Part shown: piece after piece, positions 61,695-64,000 of the stretch | How positions within the stretch are numbered: position 1 is the stretch's first letter | Layout of the letters: every line of letters starts with the position of its first letter | Origin: Planctomycetota bacterium | GTDB taxonomy: Bacteria; Planctomycetota; UBA11346 | Length of the DNA: 64,000 bases | Assembly (NCBI GenBank): GCA_038213805.1 | Contig: JBBQSO010000004.1 | Span: 1-64,000 of the forward strand | Direction of reading: 5' to 3' | Notes under the pieces: generated by a model | Database searches by the model: none | What the model was told of the DNA's origin: nothing | What the model saw: only the letters and a program-made list of their open reading frames with translations | Program-made: the position numbers and the translations under genes

Positions 61695-62423
61695 CTAAAG
61701 CTTGAAGCCGGCGCCGGTGGAATCCTTCAGGAACCCCTTCACCGTATCCAGCGACATCTCTCCCAGCCCGCGACCCACGCCGGAGAGCTTCTTGAGCACG
61801 TCATGCGGCACGGTGATGACCCCACACCTGGTCTCTTCCGCCTGGTAGATGTTGAGCAGTTCGCGCGTACTCGCCCACAGCAGCATGGCGCTCGGCACGT
61901 CCTCAAGGATGGCGGCGCAGGCGTGCATGTAGGGGACCGGGTCGCGGCCGGTGTCGGCGATGCGGCCGGCGAAGACCGAGACCACCGAGGGCGCACCACC
62001 GCGCACGGCGTCGGCGGTCTCGACGACCTGCTTGAGGGTGAGCAGGGCGGTGACGTTGAGCTTCACGCCTTCCTTCGCCAGCTTGCGGATCAGCGGGATG
62101 CAGCTCTCGCCCTTGGTATTGGTGATCGGGATCTTGGTGTAGACGTTCTTGCCCCAGGTGGTGATCAGGCGCGCCTGGCGCTCCATGTCGACGAGGTCGT
62201 CCGAGAACACTTCGAAGGAGACCGGCTTGACCGTGATCGAGGTCAGCAGGTCTTTGGCGAAGGCCGGGTAGTCCTTGATGCCGACCTTGGCCATCAGCGA
62301 GGGGTTGGTGGTGAAGCCCTTGATCACGGGATTCTTGTCGAGCTCGAGGATGCCCGCCTTGTCGGCGCCATCGGCCCAGATCTGGACCTTGAGCTGGGTG
62401 GGGTTGATGACGAGATCGCTCAT
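61695..62423 (-). CDS. tal: Transaldolase (short TalC/FSA-type) domain; may also be made from the internal ATG
   Basis: AGGA RBS before the ATG of MSDLVINP; TTNP motif and Schiff-base Lys in YTKIP. Confidence 0.75.
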   Translation of the reverse strand: MSDLVINPTQLKVQIWADGADKAGILELDKNPVIKGFTTNPSLMAKVGIKDYPAFAKDLLTSITVKPVSFEVFSDDLVDMERQARLITTWGKNVYTKIPITNTKGESCIPLIRKLAKEGVKLNVTALLTLKQVVETADAVRGGAPSVVSVFAGRIADTGRDPVPYMHACAAILEDVPSAMLLWASTRELLNIYQAEETRCGVITVPHDVLKKLSGVGRGLGEMSLDTVKGFLKDSTGAGFKL

Positions 62424-63032
62424 GGGATGTCCTAGGGGATGGGGCTGGTCGATGGCGTGGTGGGAGAGGATATGCCGCACAGCTTCACCAAGGTCGGCCA
62501 GCTGCAAGGTCGGGGCCGCGGTGGCCGCCTCACCATAGCCGGACCCCAGGAGGATGGTCCGGCAGCCGGCCCGGGCCCCGGCGAGGATGTCGGAGTGGCG
62601 GTCGCCAACCATCCAGCTGCGCGCCAGGTCGAGGCCGCGGCGGCGGGCCGCGTCCAGCAACATCCCGGGGTTGGGCTTGCGATCCGGGTGGTCGCCGTCC
62701 GCGTAGCATACCACCACCTCGTCCACCGGCAGACTGGCGGCGAGATGCGCATTGATCGCCTCGACGCGTTCGCGGGTCTGGGTGCCGCGCACCACGTCGG
62801 GCTGGTTGGTCACCACCACCAGTTCGAAGCCCGCGGCCTTGAGCCGACCCAGCTGCAGGGCGGTGCCGGCGGGGATCTCGACCGCGGCGACGTCGCAGGG
62901 CGGGTAGGGTCGGCCGCCGCGCAGGACTGCGCGGTTGAGCACGCCGTCGCGATCGAGGAAGACCGCGTGCCCACGGTGGCCCTGGCCAGCTCCCGCCTGC
63001 GGGCCGCCGGCCACTAGGGAACCGATTCCCAC
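61695..63032 (-). CDS. In-frame fusion: GmhB-type HAD phosphatase (N-terminal) + transaldolase (C-terminal)
   Basis: FLDRDGVLN, VTNQ, RKPNPGML, MVGD, then with no stop GFTTNPSL, VYTKIP, LLWAS. Confidence 0.8.
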   Translation of the reverse strand: MGIGSLVAGGPQAGAGQGHRGHAVFLDRDGVLNRAVLRGGRPYPPCDVAAVEIPAGTALQLGRLKAAGFELVVVTNQPDVVRGTQTRERVEAINAHLAASLPVDEVVVCYADGDHPDRKPNPGMLLDAARRRGLDLARSWMVGDRHSDILAGARAGCRTILLGSGYGEAATAAPTLQLADLGEAVRHILSHHAIDQPHPLGHPMSDLVINPTQLKVQIWADGADKAGILELDKNPVIKGFTTNPSLMAKVGIKDYPAFAKDLLTSITVKPVSFEVFSDDLVDMERQARLITTWGKNVYTKIPITNTKGESCIPLIRKLAKEGVKLNVTALLTLKQVVETADAVRGGAPSVVSVFAGRIADTGRDPVPYMHACAAILEDVPSAMLLWASTRELLNIYQAEETRCGVITVPHDVLKKLSGVGRGLGEMSLDTVKGFLKDSTGAGFKL

Positions 63033-63610
63033 ATGGTGCGGCTGGCCTTGAGCGCCGGGTGCGACACCAACAGGTGCCAGATCACCCCTTGGAAGGCTTC
63101 GGCATGCGGGGTGATGTGCTCGGAGTTGAGGGTGGGGATGATGATCGCGGCGTCGGCGACGGTGGCGGTGAAGCCGCCGTCCCGGCCGACGATGCCAAGG
63201 ATGGTGGCCTTGACCTCCCGGGCATGCTGCACTGCAGCGACCAGATTCGGACTGATGTTTCTCGCCACGTCTCCGCCGCCGACCGAGAGCACCAGGATGC
63301 CGTCCTGGGCGTTCAGCCGGCTGACCTTGAGCCAGCCGACGAACACCGAGGCCCAGCCGTCGTCGTTGGTGCGCGCAGTCAGCTCCGACACGTTGTCGGT
63401 GGGCGCATAGGCCTCGAGCCCGGCGATCTTGCGGAAGTCGTTGACCGCGTGCGAGGCGTTGCCGGCGCTGCCGCCCACGCCCAGGATGAACAGACGACCG
63501 CCGCGGGCACGGATCGCGGCGAGGAGCAACGCGGCGCGCTCGATCACCGCCACGTCGAGCGCGGCGATGATCTGGGTCGCCTCGGCGAGGAAACGCGCGG
63601 CGAAGGTCAT
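63014..63610 (-). CDS. gmhA: Phosphoheptose isomerase-like SIS protein
   Basis: GVGGSAGNASH, TARTNDDG, HAEAFQGVIWH. Confidence 0.8.
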   Translation of the reverse strand: MTFAARFLAEATQIIAALDVAVIERAALLLAAIRARGGRLFILGVGGSAGNASHAVNDFRKIAGLEAYAPTDNVSELTARTNDDGWASVFVGWLKVSRLNAQDGILVLSVGGGDVARNISPNLVAAVQHAREVKATILGIVGRDGGFTATVADAAIIIPTLNSEHITPHAEAFQGVIWHLLVSHPALKASRTMWESVP

Positions 63611-63999
63611 GGGTGGCGTCCTGGTGTGCCGGGGGCAGTGGCGAGCATCCGGGTGAGGTCGGCGATGCCAGCGAAGGAGCCGATCTCGTGGAAGCGCTCG
63701 GCGACCTCGAAGCCGGCGAGGTCGTCCGCCGCCAGGCGCTCGCGGTAGAGTGTGGCGAGGTCGGCGGGCTGGCCTTCCGGCAGCGCCGCGAAGGCGCTGC
63801 GCCGGAAGAGCCCGAGTCCGTAATCGATGTGCTGCATCACCGGTGTCTGGACCTGCTTGTCGTAGACGCGGATGCGGCCGGCGGCGAACTCGACATTGCT
63901 GCGGTCGTATTGGCCGTGGTTCCGGTAGACGGTCATCAGTGCGGACTTTTCGCAGGTGCTGAAGGCATCCTGGACCGCGGCGTGGTCGCAGGTCAGGTA
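63607..63999 (-). CDS. Sugar-phosphate nucleotidyltransferase (HddC-like), 5' end outside window
   Basis: HIDYGL, FHEIGS C-terminal motifs; ATGA overlap with gmhA-like gene. Confidence 0.8.
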   Translation of the reverse strand, partial: YLTCDHAAVQDAFSTCEKSALMTVYRNHGQYDRSNVEFAAGRIRVYDKQVQTPVMQHIDYGLGLFRRSAFAALPEGQPADLATLYRERLAADDLAGFEVAERFHEIGSFAGIADLTRMLATAPGTPGRHP

Positions 64000-64000
64000 G

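Overview
High-GC bacterial chromosomal segment, probably Planctomycetota (inferred from RpoA starting MRIRWRG, the type IV pilin-like gene and the ribosomal gene layout). The core is the S10-spc-alpha ribosomal cluster (24.6-38.0 kb, lacking rpmD, adk, map and rpsD). Around it are amtB-glnK-glnA, pgk, fba, pfk, galE, tsaD, mfd, dnaK-groES, tRNA-Val(CAC), folE, rpiB and the end of a heptose-type sugar cluster. I saw no transposases, integrases or CRISPR array. The most unusual observations are: (1) an 1160-aa fusion of an ECF-sigma-like domain, an anti-sigma-like domain, a TM helix and several glycan-binding domains; (2) a PGK of eukaryotic type; (3) a recurrent promoter pattern TTGnnn-N15/16-nAnnnT with a shorter-than-canonical spacer, often nearly leaderless; (4) tandem TM/coiled-coil/beta-barrel/BRCT paralogues; (5) a catalytically dead double-trypsin protein coupled to an active HtrA; (6) two CarH/LitR-like regulators with degenerate B12 sites near folE; (7) an in-frame GmhB-transaldolase fusion; (8) inverted heptamer repeat arrays. 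All calls come from reading motifs by eye; no database searches were run.
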